Positions 1 to 8,984 of a stretch of 55,939 nucleotides of DNA are shown here, piece after piece; the stretch's first letter is position 1; the number at the start of each line of letters is the position of its first letter. The position numbers and the translations under genes are program-made. The notes below the pieces were generated by a model. It made no database searches, was not told where the DNA came from, and was given only the letters and a program-made list of their open reading frames with translations. The stretch is from Verrucomicrobiales bacterium (GTDB lineage Bacteria; Verrucomicrobiota; Verrucomicrobiia; Verrucomicrobiales; Verrucomicrobiaceae): NCBI GenBank assembly GCA_020439875.1, contig JAGRPD010000009.1, forward strand, positions 1 through 55,939, written 5' to 3'.

Positions 1-35
1 CGGCGGCCACGGCCTTGCGCATCAACCCTCGTCGT

Positions 36-93
36 CTCAATCATCGTCCCACCCGAACCCGGGAGATATTGGACGACGAGTGAAACGACGATT
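36..93. repeat. Interspersed palindromic repeat, copy A (about 58 nt)
   Basis: CTCAATCaTCGTCCCAcccgaaCCCGGGAGATatTGGACGACGAgTGaaACGAcGATT aligns with copies at 6613-6671 and 50520-50574. Internal inverted repeat (cgtcgtctcaatcatcgtccca against the reverse complement of ttggacgacgagtgaaacgacg). Lies 3-prime of the sulfatase gene. Confidence 0.7.
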
Positions 94-335
94 CCGCTAG
101 TCCCGTAGCCACGTTTGTCAAAACGTGGTTCGTCAGCTCCCAATCGCACCCATCACGACCAACTCACATCGGAGACTACGACCACTCCAAGGCTTCCATC
201 GTAGGGTTCGGGAGCCCATCGCATCGTCATTCCAAAAGTGGCGCACCAACTTCCCGGATGAACCCATTCTTCCACTCAGGATCGCAGGCCCATCCGCAGC
301 ATTCCGCGTGATTTATCCGCTGCGCCCGCACCGCC

Positions 336-1730
336 TCACTCCCCACCCCGCAGCCGAGGTTCAGCCAGCCACTGCTGCAATCCCTCGCGCATGGAAGCCG
401 CCAGCTCGGCATGCTCGGCCAAAAGATTGCGAGTTTCGTACGGATCCGCATAGACATCGAACAATTCCACCGGCTCACCATCGAGCGTGAGCAGCTTCCA
501 CTGATCGCGACGCGTCACCTCCGTGGCATACGGTTTGGGTTTGGGATAGTGACGCTGGATCGATTTGTACAAATTGAGCTGCCAGTGCACATCACCCCGT
601 TGCTCCCAGGTCGGCGCTTCACCACCCAGCAAGTGCGCCAAAACACTGCGGCCATCCACCTGCGCTGCGGCAGGCACCTCGACGCCGGCCGCTTCGCAGA
701 AGGTGGGCAGCCAATCGTTGCTATGCAAAAAGGCCTCACTGGTCTGACCCGCCTTGATGTGACCTGGCCACCAGGCGAGCAACGGCACCCGGATGCCGCC
801 CTCATGCAAATCCGTTTTGCCGCCCTTCAACTCACCGATGTAACCCTCAAACGCCGCGCCGTTGTCGCTGGTGAAGATCACCAAGGTGTTGTCCGCGATG
901 CCCAGCTGCTCCAAGCGACGCATCAGATCCCCAATGCGCGCGTCCATGTGACGCACCATGGAGCGAAACCGATGCTGATCCTCGCTGATGTCGGGCGCAG
1001 CAGTCGCCTCCCAATGCGGACCGGGAGCCGGTTCATACGGCTTGTGCGGCACCAGCCACCAAACGTTGAGAAAGAAGGGGCGCTCATCCTTCGACAAACG
1101 CTCGATCATCTCCAAGGCAAAGTCGCCGTTCGCATCCGTGAAGTGTTTCGTGAAATACGGATCGCTCTCCGGCACACGCTGATCATTGCGCAACAGCACG
1201 GTGCCGCCCTGCCGAAACAGCGTCTTTTCCGAGCCCATCTTGCCCCGAATCGGCTGCTGTTCGATCTGAGTTTGGTAAAACTCAAAACCCTGTTCTCGAG
1301 GTCCAGGTTGATCCTTCAACCGCTGGCCCGACTCATCCACGTGCAGCCCTCCCAGGTGCCATTTGCCGACGTGCGCAGTGGCGTAGCCCGCGTCTCGCAG
1401 CAGCTCCGCCACGGTGACGGCCTCCACCGGCAGCCAGCGATCCACGTCGTTGAAATGCTGAGTCACATCGAAACGCAGCGGATACCGCCCAGTGAGCATC
1501 GAAGCACGAGTGGGCGAGCATACGGCGGAACCCGTGTAGTAGCGCGTGGCCTTCAACCCCTCCGCCGCCATCCGATCCAGATTCGGCGTCTGCACCGCCG
1601 GACTGCCAAAGCACCCGAGATCACCGTAACCCAGATCATCGGCCATCAGCACAATGATGTTCGGTCGAGTGTCCTTAGCGAGGGCCGCTTCAGCGACGCA
1701 GAGGGCGAGGAGGACGAGACGAATCCACAT
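336..1730 (-). CDS. Arylsulfatase-family sulfatase (Cys-type, secreted)
   Basis: 464-aa ORF. Signal peptide MWIRLVLLALCVAEAALA. Sulfatase signature PNIIVLMADDLGYGDLGCFG and CxPxR site CSPTRASMLTGR. ATG verified (cat at 1728-1730). Confidence 0.93.
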   Translation of the reverse strand: MWIRLVLLALCVAEAALAKDTRPNIIVLMADDLGYGDLGCFGSPAVQTPNLDRMAAEGLKATRYYTGSAVCSPTRASMLTGRYPLRFDVTQHFNDVDRWLPVEAVTVAELLRDAGYATAHVGKWHLGGLHVDESGQRLKDQPGPREQGFEFYQTQIEQQPIRGKMGSEKTLFRQGGTVLLRNDQRVPESDPYFTKHFTDANGDFALEMIERLSKDERPFFLNVWWLVPHKPYEPAPGPHWEATAAPDISEDQHRFRSMVRHMDARIGDLMRRLEQLGIADNTLVIFTSDNGAAFEGYIGELKGGKTDLHEGGIRVPLLAWWPGHIKAGQTSEAFLHSNDWLPTFCEAAGVEVPAAAQVDGRSVLAHLLGGEAPTWEQRGDVHWQLNLYKSIQRHYPKPKPYATEVTRRDQWKLLTLDGEPVELFDVYADPYETRNLLAEHAELAASMREGLQQWLAEPRLRGGE

Positions 1731-1757
1731 GACGGGGAAAAGCAGTCCGCAGCCGAA

Positions 1758-2615
1758 TCAGGCGCAGGCTTCGGCCACCTGACGCTGCTCGCCGAGACCA
1801 TCGATGCCCAGCTCCACCACATCTCCAGGCTGGAGGTAGATCGGTTCCGGTTTGATCCCGAGTCCGACGCCAGGAGGCGTGCCCGTGCTGATGATGTCTC
1901 CGGGTAGCAAGGACATGAATTGACTCAGGTAGCTGACGAGCTGGCGGATGTTGAAAATCATCTGCTCGGTGCTGCTGTCTTGCAGCGTCTTGCCGTTGAG
2001 CTTGAGCCAAAGCTTGAGATGGCCCGGATCGGGAATTTCATCCGCCGTGGCCATGAAGGGACCGAGCGGAGCAAAGGTGTCGCAACTCTTGCCTTTCACC
2101 CACTGGCCGCCGCGCTCGAGTTGAAATTCCCGCTCGCTGTAGTCGTTGTGCAGCAGGTATCCCGCCACATGATCCATGGCATCCGCCTCCGAGACGTAGG
2201 TGGCTTTTTTTCCGATCACAAAGGCGAGTTCCACCTCCCAATCCGTCTTCTTCGAATTGCGGGGAATCACCACCGCATCATTGGGTCCGACGATGGCGCT
2301 GGTGGATTTGAAAAAGATGATCGGTTCCTTCGGAATATCAGCCCCCGACTCCTTGGCGTGATCCGCGTAGTTGAGACCAATGCAAATGATCTTGCTCGGA
2401 CGAGCCACACAGGGACCGAGGCGGACCGAGGCATCCACGGTGGGTGCCGTGTCGGCATGGACGGCGGCCCAGGCTCTCAACCGCTCCAAACCGTCTCCCG
2501 CAAAAAAGGCCTCATTCCAATCTGACCCAAATTCGGAAGCATCAATGCGACGCCCGTCATCGAGTTGCAGGCCAGGTTTTTCTTGTCCGGGGTTGCCAAA
2601 GCGGAGGAGTTTCAT
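1758..2615 (-). CDS. Fumarylacetoacetate hydrolase (FAH) family protein (2-keto-acid hydrolase/hydratase type)
   Basis: Track ORF 1758-3002 trimmed to MKLLRFGNPG (cat at 2613-2615), giving 285 aa. FAH-family motifs KIICIGLNYADHA, DWEVELAFVIGK, GDIISTGTPPGVG. The upstream 129 aa of the ORF are Arg-rich junk overlapping the next gene. Confidence 0.88.
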   Translation of the reverse strand: MKLLRFGNPGQEKPGLQLDDGRRIDASEFGSDWNEAFFAGDGLERLRAWAAVHADTAPTVDASVRLGPCVARPSKIICIGLNYADHAKESGADIPKEPIIFFKSTSAIVGPNDAVVIPRNSKKTDWEVELAFVIGKKATYVSEADAMDHVAGYLLHNDYSEREFQLERGGQWVKGKSCDTFAPLGPFMATADEIPDPGHLKLWLKLNGKTLQDSSTEQMIFNIRQLVSYLSQFMSLLPGDIISTGTPPGVGLGIKPEPIYLQPGDVVELGIDGLGEQRQVAEACA

Positions 2616-2641
2616 AGTGGGAAAAGGGGAGAAAAAAAGAG

Positions 2642-3427
2642 TTAGACCTCGTCGCCTTCCATGTTGGGATAACGACCTATGATGGGGTATTGCTCGAGTT
2701 CCGCGACGGTGCCGGAGATGGGTTCGCTCTCGCGGCTCACCCAGTAAATCGCAGCGGCAGCCACTTCCTCTGGTTTGGTCAGCCGACCTGCAGGGGCAGC
2801 GTAGGCGGGGACATGCTCGGGCCAGTCGGCAGGCAGACCGTCGCCCATTTTGACCTGATATTCGTTTTCCGTGAGCGTCCAGCCGACGTTGAGCTGATTG
2901 AATCTCACCTGATGAATGCCCTGTGAATCCGCCAGATTGCGCGTCATGGTTTGCAGTGCGCCTTTGGACATGGAGTAGGCCACCAGATTGGCCTGACCGC
3001 AATGCGCCAGCACCGAGCCGATGTTCAACACGCAGCCGCGCGTCCGTTTCAGCTCGGACAAAAGCGCCCGAATCAACAGCATCGGAGCGCGAGTATTGAC
3101 GGCGATGATGCGATCAAAAAACGCGGCATCAGTCTCTTCAATCTTCGCCCGCGTGGTGAGCGCGGCGTTGTTCACCAGAGCGTCGATCCGACCAAAGGCG
3201 GCGAGCGCTTGCTCCGCCAGCTGCGCAGGGTAAGCGGCATCAGCGAGATCACCTTGACAAAAGGCCGCTCGCTCAGCACCCAGCTCCTGCCGCAGCGCCT
3301 CGCCCCGTTCGGCATTCCGCCCCTGCAGGATGACCCGCGCACCCTCTGCAACAAAGCGACGCGCCATGTGCTCGCCAATGCCCGTGGTGCTTCCCGTGAT
3401 GAGAATGACTTGATCTTGCAATCGCAT
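2642..3427 (-). CDS. Short-chain dehydrogenase/reductase (SDR) family oxidoreductase
   Basis: Track ORF 2642-4015 trimmed to MRLQDQVILITGSTTGIGEH (cat at 3425-3427), giving 261 aa. TGxxxGIG cofactor motif, NNAA motif, catalytic YSMSK. A 26-nt gap to the FAH gene suggests an operon. Confidence 0.9.
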   Translation of the reverse strand: MRLQDQVILITGSTTGIGEHMARRFVAEGARVILQGRNAERGEALRQELGAERAAFCQGDLADAAYPAQLAEQALAAFGRIDALVNNAALTTRAKIEETDAAFFDRIIAVNTRAPMLLIRALLSELKRTRGCVLNIGSVLAHCGQANLVAYSMSKGALQTMTRNLADSQGIHQVRFNQLNVGWTLTENEYQVKMGDGLPADWPEHVPAYAAPAGRLTKPEEVAAAAIYWVSRESEPISGTVAELEQYPIIGRYPNMEGDEV

Positions 3428-3601
3428 AATTTCGCGATCACCAAGCCGAGTTCCCCCGCCCACGCAACAAGGAATCCGTCCCGCCAAGGGGGTCGCGCTT
3501 CGCCCGAACACGCCCGTTGGATCCGAGACGGAAGCCTTTGTCCGTTGCGCTGCCTCGGCTCCCGCCGCACCTTGCTCCGCACTCACTTTATCGCTTCTGT
3601 C

Positions 3602-4231
3602 ATGACTGAACCCTGGATGCTCGGCTTTCTCACCTCGCTCTTCTCCATGATGAACCCTCTGGGCAATGTGGGCATCTTTGCCAGCCTGACCTCCGAGCAG
3701 AATGCGGCCGAGACACGCGCCATCGCCATCAAGTCCGCCTTTTCCATCTTCATCATCTTGCTCATCTCGACCTGGCTCGGCTCTCACGCCCTGGCGGCTT
3801 TGGGCATCACCGTCGATGAACTCCGCACCGGCGGTGGCATCATCATCTTGATCATTGGCCTGCGCATGCTTTTCAACAACGTCTCCCACGCTCATACCCA
3901 AGATGAAGCCGACGACGCTGGCAATCGCGCCTCCATCGCCACCGTGCCCATCGCCATCCCTCTCGTCGCCGGACCGGGAACCATTTCGGTGGTCGTCGCC
4001 GCAGCAGGCACCCACGACTCACTGGGAGATCACACCGCGATCACCATCATCGTCCTGATCCTCGCCGCCCTCACCGGTCTGCTTTTTTCTCAAGCACAAC
4101 GCATCTCCAAAGCGCTCGGCGTGAGCGGCATGGCGGTGGTGACTCGGCTCATGGGCATGGTCCTCGTCGCCATGGCCGTCGGCATGGTGGCAAAGGGTGC
4201 CCAAGCGCTGATCCCAGCCCTCGGACATTGA
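3602..4231 (+). CDS. MarC family (UPF0056/NAAT) integral membrane protein
   Basis: Track ORF 2951-4231 trimmed to MTEPWMLGFLTSLFSMMNPLGNVGIF (atg at 3602), giving 209 aa. Multiple hydrophobic helices and the MNPxGN motif typical of MarC-family proteins. Confidence 0.8.
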   Translation: MTEPWMLGFLTSLFSMMNPLGNVGIFASLTSEQNAAETRAIAIKSAFSIFIILLISTWLGSHALAALGITVDELRTGGGIIILIIGLRMLFNNVSHAHTQDEADDAGNRASIATVPIAIPLVAGPGTISVVVAAAGTHDSLGDHTAITIIVLILAALTGLLFSQAQRISKALGVSGMAVVTRLMGMVLVAMAVGMVAKGAQALIPALGH

Positions 4232-4252
4232 CTCCTCCAAGAGCGCTTCGTT

Positions 4253-6478
4253 TTATAATCCCGCTGGCATCCAGGGCTCCAGACTCGCCACTTCAGCTCG
4301 CGCTGCCGCACTGACGGGGATGCCCCAAGCTTCAAAAAACGGACCCAAATTCCGGTTCGTGATGCGGGAGTAGCGGGTCAAAAACTGATCCCGCGCTTCA
4401 TCGTCACTGGCTGGCACCGCTCCAAAGTCGGTGTCATCAAACGAGTGCAAATACGCCCGCCAACTGTCCCATCCAAAAGCCTGAATGAGCTGAATGTAGG
4501 TGGTCAACGCCACAAACGGGCTGCTCTTCCACAGTTGCCATTTGTCGGTGGCTTTTTGAATCGCCTGCACATGCTCCCGCCGCGCTTCCTCCGAGATGGC
4601 GCTGTGACCGATGAGCCAGTCTTTCCCCATCGCCGCCTCATACACGTACATGGCCAGCACGTTGTTGGTGACCTCACCAGTGCCGTCAAAGGTGAACCAC
4701 GGCTTCTGATGATTGTGGCCCACTTCGTGGTGAAATCCCCAACCGGGAAACTTGAGCCGATTGTAAGTGACCATTTCCTCCGAGGCACTGACCGGCACCA
4801 TAATGGGATAGCCACTGTGCATGTAGCCCGCGCTGATTTGCACGTCGGCCACGATCCGTTCCGGACGCTCGCGATCTCGGGCCTGATTGGAAATCTCATC
4901 CTGAACCGTGATCGCTTTATCCCAAAACTCCATCAGCGCCGTCGGGCTCTTCACCTGACGCGCCACCTCCGTCGGCAGCGTCAGGATGACGTGATCGCAG
5001 GCAAGTTCCGCCCAGGGTGCGGGCCGATTTTTGATGCTGGAGTTCCATGCTTCATCAGTGGTCTGACCGAGCACAAAAAGGGGGGCCTCCACCGCGCCTG
5101 AGAGCGCAACGGTGAAGGCCGCGCCCGCTGCACGGCGGGGCACTTCCAGGTAAATCAGCCCTCCGAAGGCAGAGCTGACGCGAGTCTCTGCGGCGCTCAG
5201 CTGCTCGGACTTCGTGACATCGGGCGCGCGCAGCCACTTGTCCAAATGATACAGCGTGTCGGAGTGGCAGCCGATGCGCAGCGCGTAGCCACTGCCGACT
5301 TGATCGGCAGGCAACGTAACGGTGATGACCTCTCCCGCCGCCGCATACAGCCCGGTGCTATGCCAGCCCGGCACCGTGGGATCGATGGAGATTTCCCGCC
5401 CCACGCGTGGGGCCTCGGCTGGCGGCTGCCCAGGAAACGTGGCCGCTGCGGGATGCGCCGCAATGTCAGGCCCCGTGGTGAGCCGCAGCGTGCGTGTCTC
5501 CATGCTGAGGCGCATGCGAGCCGAGCCGTGCTGATCCTGCGTGAGCGGTGCATCGGGCGCGGGGATCACCGCTGTGGCGGAGGGACTGCCCAGCGCTGAG
5601 GCCACCGCGTTGCGGAGATTGCCCCGATCAGGCGGTTGTGCGGCCAGGGCGACTTGGATGGCATTGGATCCCTGCCGGACCTCCTCCGGCGTCAGTTCCG
5701 CCCCGCCTTCTCGTTGTTTTTTGATGGCCGTGATCGCCTCGGAGGCATTCATGTAGCGTGGCAATTCCGGTCGCGCGTCAAAGGCCGTGAGATTGGCAAA
5801 GGCCGACAGCTCGGTGAAACCCACCCCGGCGGGTAGCAAGGCGCGATTCAACGCGTGCGTGGTGGTCAGTTCCTTGCCGCCGCTGGTCTGGCCGTAGGCC
5901 CACCCCGTCATGCCCGCAATGAGACCGCCGCCCTTCTGCACCCATTCGATGATGGCCGTGGCCTCCGCTTCATCCGTGAGTCCTTGCGCATTCAAGACCA
6001 GCACGTCCACCCCCTGCAACGCGCCAGCATCGATCGGCCCTTTGAGTTCCTCCGCACTAAAGCCCTTCGCTTGATAAAAGCCGCTCTGCCGCACTCCCGC
6101 GACAGCGATCCGAGGTTTGGCTTTATTCCCGACCCAACGCACGACGTTTTCCATCAACCGAGGCAAGTCCCCGCCCGCGTTGCCACTGAGGTATCCATTT
6201 TGCCCAAACAAAATCACCCGGCCCTGACCAAAACCCGCCGCCGCAGCCAGCGCCAGTTCATTGCCTTCTCGACCATCCGCCGCAGCGAGGATGGGAAACG
6301 CCAAAGTCCCCCAAATGCCGACCGGTCCCGGAGCGCCGACTCGCGGCACAGATTTCACACCTTCCAAAATCTTCGAGCGCTCAGCGGTCACCAGTTCCGG
6401 TGGAATCTGCGCTTGAGAAAAACCGATCCCCATCCCGAAGGAGAGGCACCAAAGTGAGAGAAACGAAACACGGGGCAT
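4253..6478 (-). CDS. Secreted M60-like (enhancin/TCAF-like) zinc metallopeptidase with N-terminal accessory domain
   Basis: HExxH zinc site in GWGFHHEVGHNHQ. The C-terminal half resembles the peptidase M60 domain. Start placed at MPRVSFLSLWCLSFGMGIGFSQAQ (signal peptide, cat at 6476-6478). The ORF is open to 6550, which is an alternative start. Confidence 0.78.
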   Translation of the reverse strand: MPRVSFLSLWCLSFGMGIGFSQAQIPPELVTAERSKILEGVKSVPRVGAPGPVGIWGTLAFPILAAADGREGNELALAAAAGFGQGRVILFGQNGYLSGNAGGDLPRLMENVVRWVGNKAKPRIAVAGVRQSGFYQAKGFSAEELKGPIDAGALQGVDVLVLNAQGLTDEAEATAIIEWVQKGGGLIAGMTGWAYGQTSGGKELTTTHALNRALLPAGVGFTELSAFANLTAFDARPELPRYMNASEAITAIKKQREGGAELTPEEVRQGSNAIQVALAAQPPDRGNLRNAVASALGSPSATAVIPAPDAPLTQDQHGSARMRLSMETRTLRLTTGPDIAAHPAAATFPGQPPAEAPRVGREISIDPTVPGWHSTGLYAAAGEVITVTLPADQVGSGYALRIGCHSDTLYHLDKWLRAPDVTKSEQLSAAETRVSSAFGGLIYLEVPRRAAGAAFTVALSGAVEAPLFVLGQTTDEAWNSSIKNRPAPWAELACDHVILTLPTEVARQVKSPTALMEFWDKAITVQDEISNQARDRERPERIVADVQISAGYMHSGYPIMVPVSASEEMVTYNRLKFPGWGFHHEVGHNHQKPWFTFDGTGEVTNNVLAMYVYEAAMGKDWLIGHSAISEEARREHVQAIQKATDKWQLWKSSPFVALTTYIQLIQAFGWDSWRAYLHSFDDTDFGAVPASDDEARDQFLTRYSRITNRNLGPFFEAWGIPVSAAARAEVASLEPWMPAGL

Positions 6479-6612
6479 GGGAGTGGAGTCTAACGGATGA
6501 GATTCCATCTTATTAGCGTCCATTCCACACCGCGCAACGGCTGGGCTCACGCATCAAAACGAGGGGGAGAATATGAAGCCCTGAGGCATGACCACCAACT
6601 CATCAGCGGCAT

Positions 6613-6671
6613 CTCAATCCTCGTCCCACTCCATCCCGGGAGATTTTGGACGACGAGTGAGACGAGGATTG
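6613..6671. repeat. Interspersed palindromic repeat, copy B (best preserved)
   Basis: CTCAATCCTCGTCCCActccatCCCGGGAGATttTGGACGACGAgTGagACGAGGATTG. Perfect 11-bp arms CAATCCTCGTC (6615-6625) and GACGAGGATTG (6661-6671). Sits in the divergent intergenic region between the M60 peptidase and FAD oxidoreductase genes. Confidence 0.75.
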
Positions 6672-6747
6672 CACCTCGCTTCGTCGGCTTGAGGTTGCAA
6701 ACCGGGAGCAGCGGGAGCTTACTTCGGCTCTACACAACGCTGGTTTC

Positions 6748-7824
6748 ATGTTGAGCGATCTTCCCATTCTCATCGTCGGGCAGGGTCTGGCGGGCACCGC
6801 GCTGGCCTGGCGGCTGTGGCAACGAGGAGCCTGCTTTCAGGTGGTGGATCCCGCAGAGGCCTCGACCTGCTCCCGCGTCGCCGCAGGTCTCATCACACCC
6901 GTCACCGGCATGCGCCTCAACGAGAGCTGGCGTTACCCCGAGTTGTTCACGGAGGCAGAGACGTTTTATCGGGATCGCGAGCGGGACCTGGGGGCGCATT
7001 TTTATCATCCTCTGCGCGCCGTTCGTTTGTTTCGGGATGAAGCGATGCGCCGCCTTTGGAATGAGCAACGGGTGGCGCACCTGGATCGATATTTGAGCCA
7101 TCCTCAGCCTCAACCGCTGGTGGATCCCTCCGTATTTTCCAATCCTTGGGACGGCTTTGAGCAGGCTCCTGCGGCTTGGCTGGACACGATTCCTTGGCTG
7201 GACCTGAGCCACGCTTTTTTTCAAAAGTGCGGCTGCTGGCAGACCGCACGCGTGCTCCCCAATGAACTCAGGTTTCCCGCCGAAGGCGGAGTCGTCTGGA
7301 GAGATCAACACTACCGATTCGCCGTCTTCTGCACAGGCTGGCAGGGTGCCCAAATGCCCTGGTTTGATTGGGTGAGATTTTCCTCCGTGCAAGGAACCAT
7401 TCTCAATGCACGCGTCGATCTCGCCGGAGAAACGCGCTTCATCACGGGAGCAGGGGTTTGGGTGCGACCCAGCGCAGCGGGTCAAGTGCGCGTCGGAGCC
7501 AGCTACGATCGCCAATTCTCCGCCGCCGCACCGTCCGTACCGAGACCCGCGCTGGTGGAGCGGCTGCGAGCCCAGACCAGCCAGCTGCTGCAAGTACCGT
7601 GGCAGGAATTGAGCGCCGACACTGGCGTGCGGCCCGTGATCGTCGGCGCGCCCGTACTTTTGGGTCGGCATCCAGGTCGTCCCGTTTTGGCCTTCTTCAA
7701 CGGTCTCGGTTCCAAAGGAGCGCTGCGCGCGCCCTGGGCAGCGCGACATCTGACCGACCACCTTCTGGACGGCATCGCTTTGGAAGAAGAAGTGGATTTG
7801 CATCACCACCGCCCATCGGACTGA
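6748..7824 (+). CDS. FAD-dependent oxidoreductase (DAO/glycine-oxidase-like family)
   Basis: 358 aa. N-terminal dinucleotide-binding fold ILIVGQGLAGTALAWRL (GxGxxG). Length and layout match DAO-family flavoproteins. ATG at 6748 verified. Confidence 0.72.
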   Translation: MLSDLPILIVGQGLAGTALAWRLWQRGACFQVVDPAEASTCSRVAAGLITPVTGMRLNESWRYPELFTEAETFYRDRERDLGAHFYHPLRAVRLFRDEAMRRLWNEQRVAHLDRYLSHPQPQPLVDPSVFSNPWDGFEQAPAAWLDTIPWLDLSHAFFQKCGCWQTARVLPNELRFPAEGGVVWRDQHYRFAVFCTGWQGAQMPWFDWVRFSSVQGTILNARVDLAGETRFITGAGVWVRPSAAGQVRVGASYDRQFSAAAPSVPRPALVERLRAQTSQLLQVPWQELSADTGVRPVIVGAPVLLGRHPGRPVLAFFNGLGSKGALRAPWAARHLTDHLLDGIALEEEVDLHHHRPSD

Positions 7825-7869
7825 CTTCCCAGAGCGGGAGAATTCCATGCGCCTCCCATCCAACTCAGA

Positions 7870-7944
<75 letters not shown>

Positions 7945-8114
7945 AAAACCGCTGGTCGAGATCGAGATCTCTTCCGAAACGGGCCGCTAAACTAGCCCCA
8001 CTCCCCCGCCTGTCAAGCCCACCTCGATCACCTTTTCCACGGTTCCGAACGCGCCGCACACCCACCCTCAAGCTCCACCTTGCACCAGCAGCCAGCCTGC
8101 TCAAGGTGGGCTGC

Positions 8115-8966
8115 ATGATCCGTCCTGAACCGATTGGCAACCGCGTCTCTCTTTGGGGAGAAGGCCCGCTCTGGCACCAAAACCATCTTCTCTACGTCGA
8201 TATCGAAGCTCACTGTCTCGTCCGCTTTGATCCCGCCTCGGGCGATGAAACGTCCTGGGACGTCGGACAACGCGTCGGCACCGTCGTACCACGCGCCTGC
8301 GGAGGTTGGGTCTGGGCTGGAGATCACGGCCTGTTTTTTTTCGATCCCGGTACAGGCGAGAGCACCGCCATCACCGATCCCGAACCTCATCTCCCCGACA
8401 ATCGATTCAACGATGGCAAGTGCGATCCAAACGGGCGCTTCTGGGCCGGAACCATCTGCCTCAAAAAGCGCCCCGAGGCCGCTCTCTATTGCCTGGATAC
8501 CGATCTCCGCATTGAGCGAAAATTTGCCCCCGTCACCAACTCCAACGGCCTCGCCTGGAATCGCGCAGCCGACACCTTTTTCTACATCGATACTCCCAGC
8601 AAAAAAGTGCGTGCCTTCGACTTCGATCCAGCCTCGGGTGCCATCGAAAACGAACGTGTCATCTGGGACACGAGCGCCGATCCCAGCTCCCCCGATGGCA
8701 TGACCATCGACAGCGAGGACCGACTCTGGATCGCCTTTTGCCACGGCGGCAAAGTGGTCTGCTTCGACCCCCGCACGCAGCGGGTCGAAGAACAAATCGA
8801 ATTCCCCTGCATCGAGACCACCGCTTGCGCCTTTGGCGGCAGCGATCTGGGGGATCTCTACATCACCACCGGCATCAAACCTGGTTTGCAAGAGAAGGAA
8901 GCCGGTCGTCTCTTCGTCTGCCGCCCAGGAGCCACCGGCGTGGCGGCCAACTGTTTCGCCGGCTGA
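8115..8966 (+). CDS. SMP-30/gluconolactonase/LRE-like (regucalcin family) lactonase
   Basis: 283 aa from ATG 8115 (GTG 8106 is an alternative). Motifs [56 protein letters not shown] typical of six-bladed SMP-30 lactonases. Confidence 0.85.
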   Translation: MIRPEPIGNRVSLWGEGPLWHQNHLLYVDIEAHCLVRFDPASGDETSWDVGQRVGTVVPRACGGWVWAGDHGLFFFDPGTGESTAITDPEPHLPDNRFNDGKCDPNGRFWAGTICLKKRPEAALYCLDTDLRIERKFAPVTNSNGLAWNRAADTFFYIDTPSKKVRAFDFDPASGAIENERVIWDTSADPSSPDGMTIDSEDRLWIAFCHGGKVVCFDPRTQRVEEQIEFPCIETTACAFGGSDLGDLYITTGIKPGLQEKEAGRLFVCRPGATGVAANCFAG

Positions 8967-8984
8967 GCCGAATACCCGCCCTGC

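Noticed and set aside
1-22. Possible minus-strand gene start (cat at 20-22, MRKAVAA...) at the left edge
   Set aside because: Only 7 codons are visible, so it cannot be supported.
411-1907. 498-aa + strand ORF over the sulfatase gene. Similar shadows at 6730-7863 (-), 8028-8891 (-), 8738-9727 (+), 39893-40915 (+), 43872-45083 (+), 45428-46330 (-), 48529-49488 (-), 51823-52659 (+), 54100-54819 (+).
   Set aside because: The opposite or alternative frames carry recognisable protein families. These ORFs have biased low-complexity composition and no start context.
2616-3002. N-terminal extensions of track ORFs (1758-3002, 2642-4015, 2951-4231, 39631-40506, 47478-48671, 53638-54903, 54921-55571, 28074-37544)
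   Set aside because: The extensions overlap neighbouring genes or tRNAs and lack homology-like sequence. Internal start codons were verified on the DNA immediately before signal peptides or conserved N-termini.
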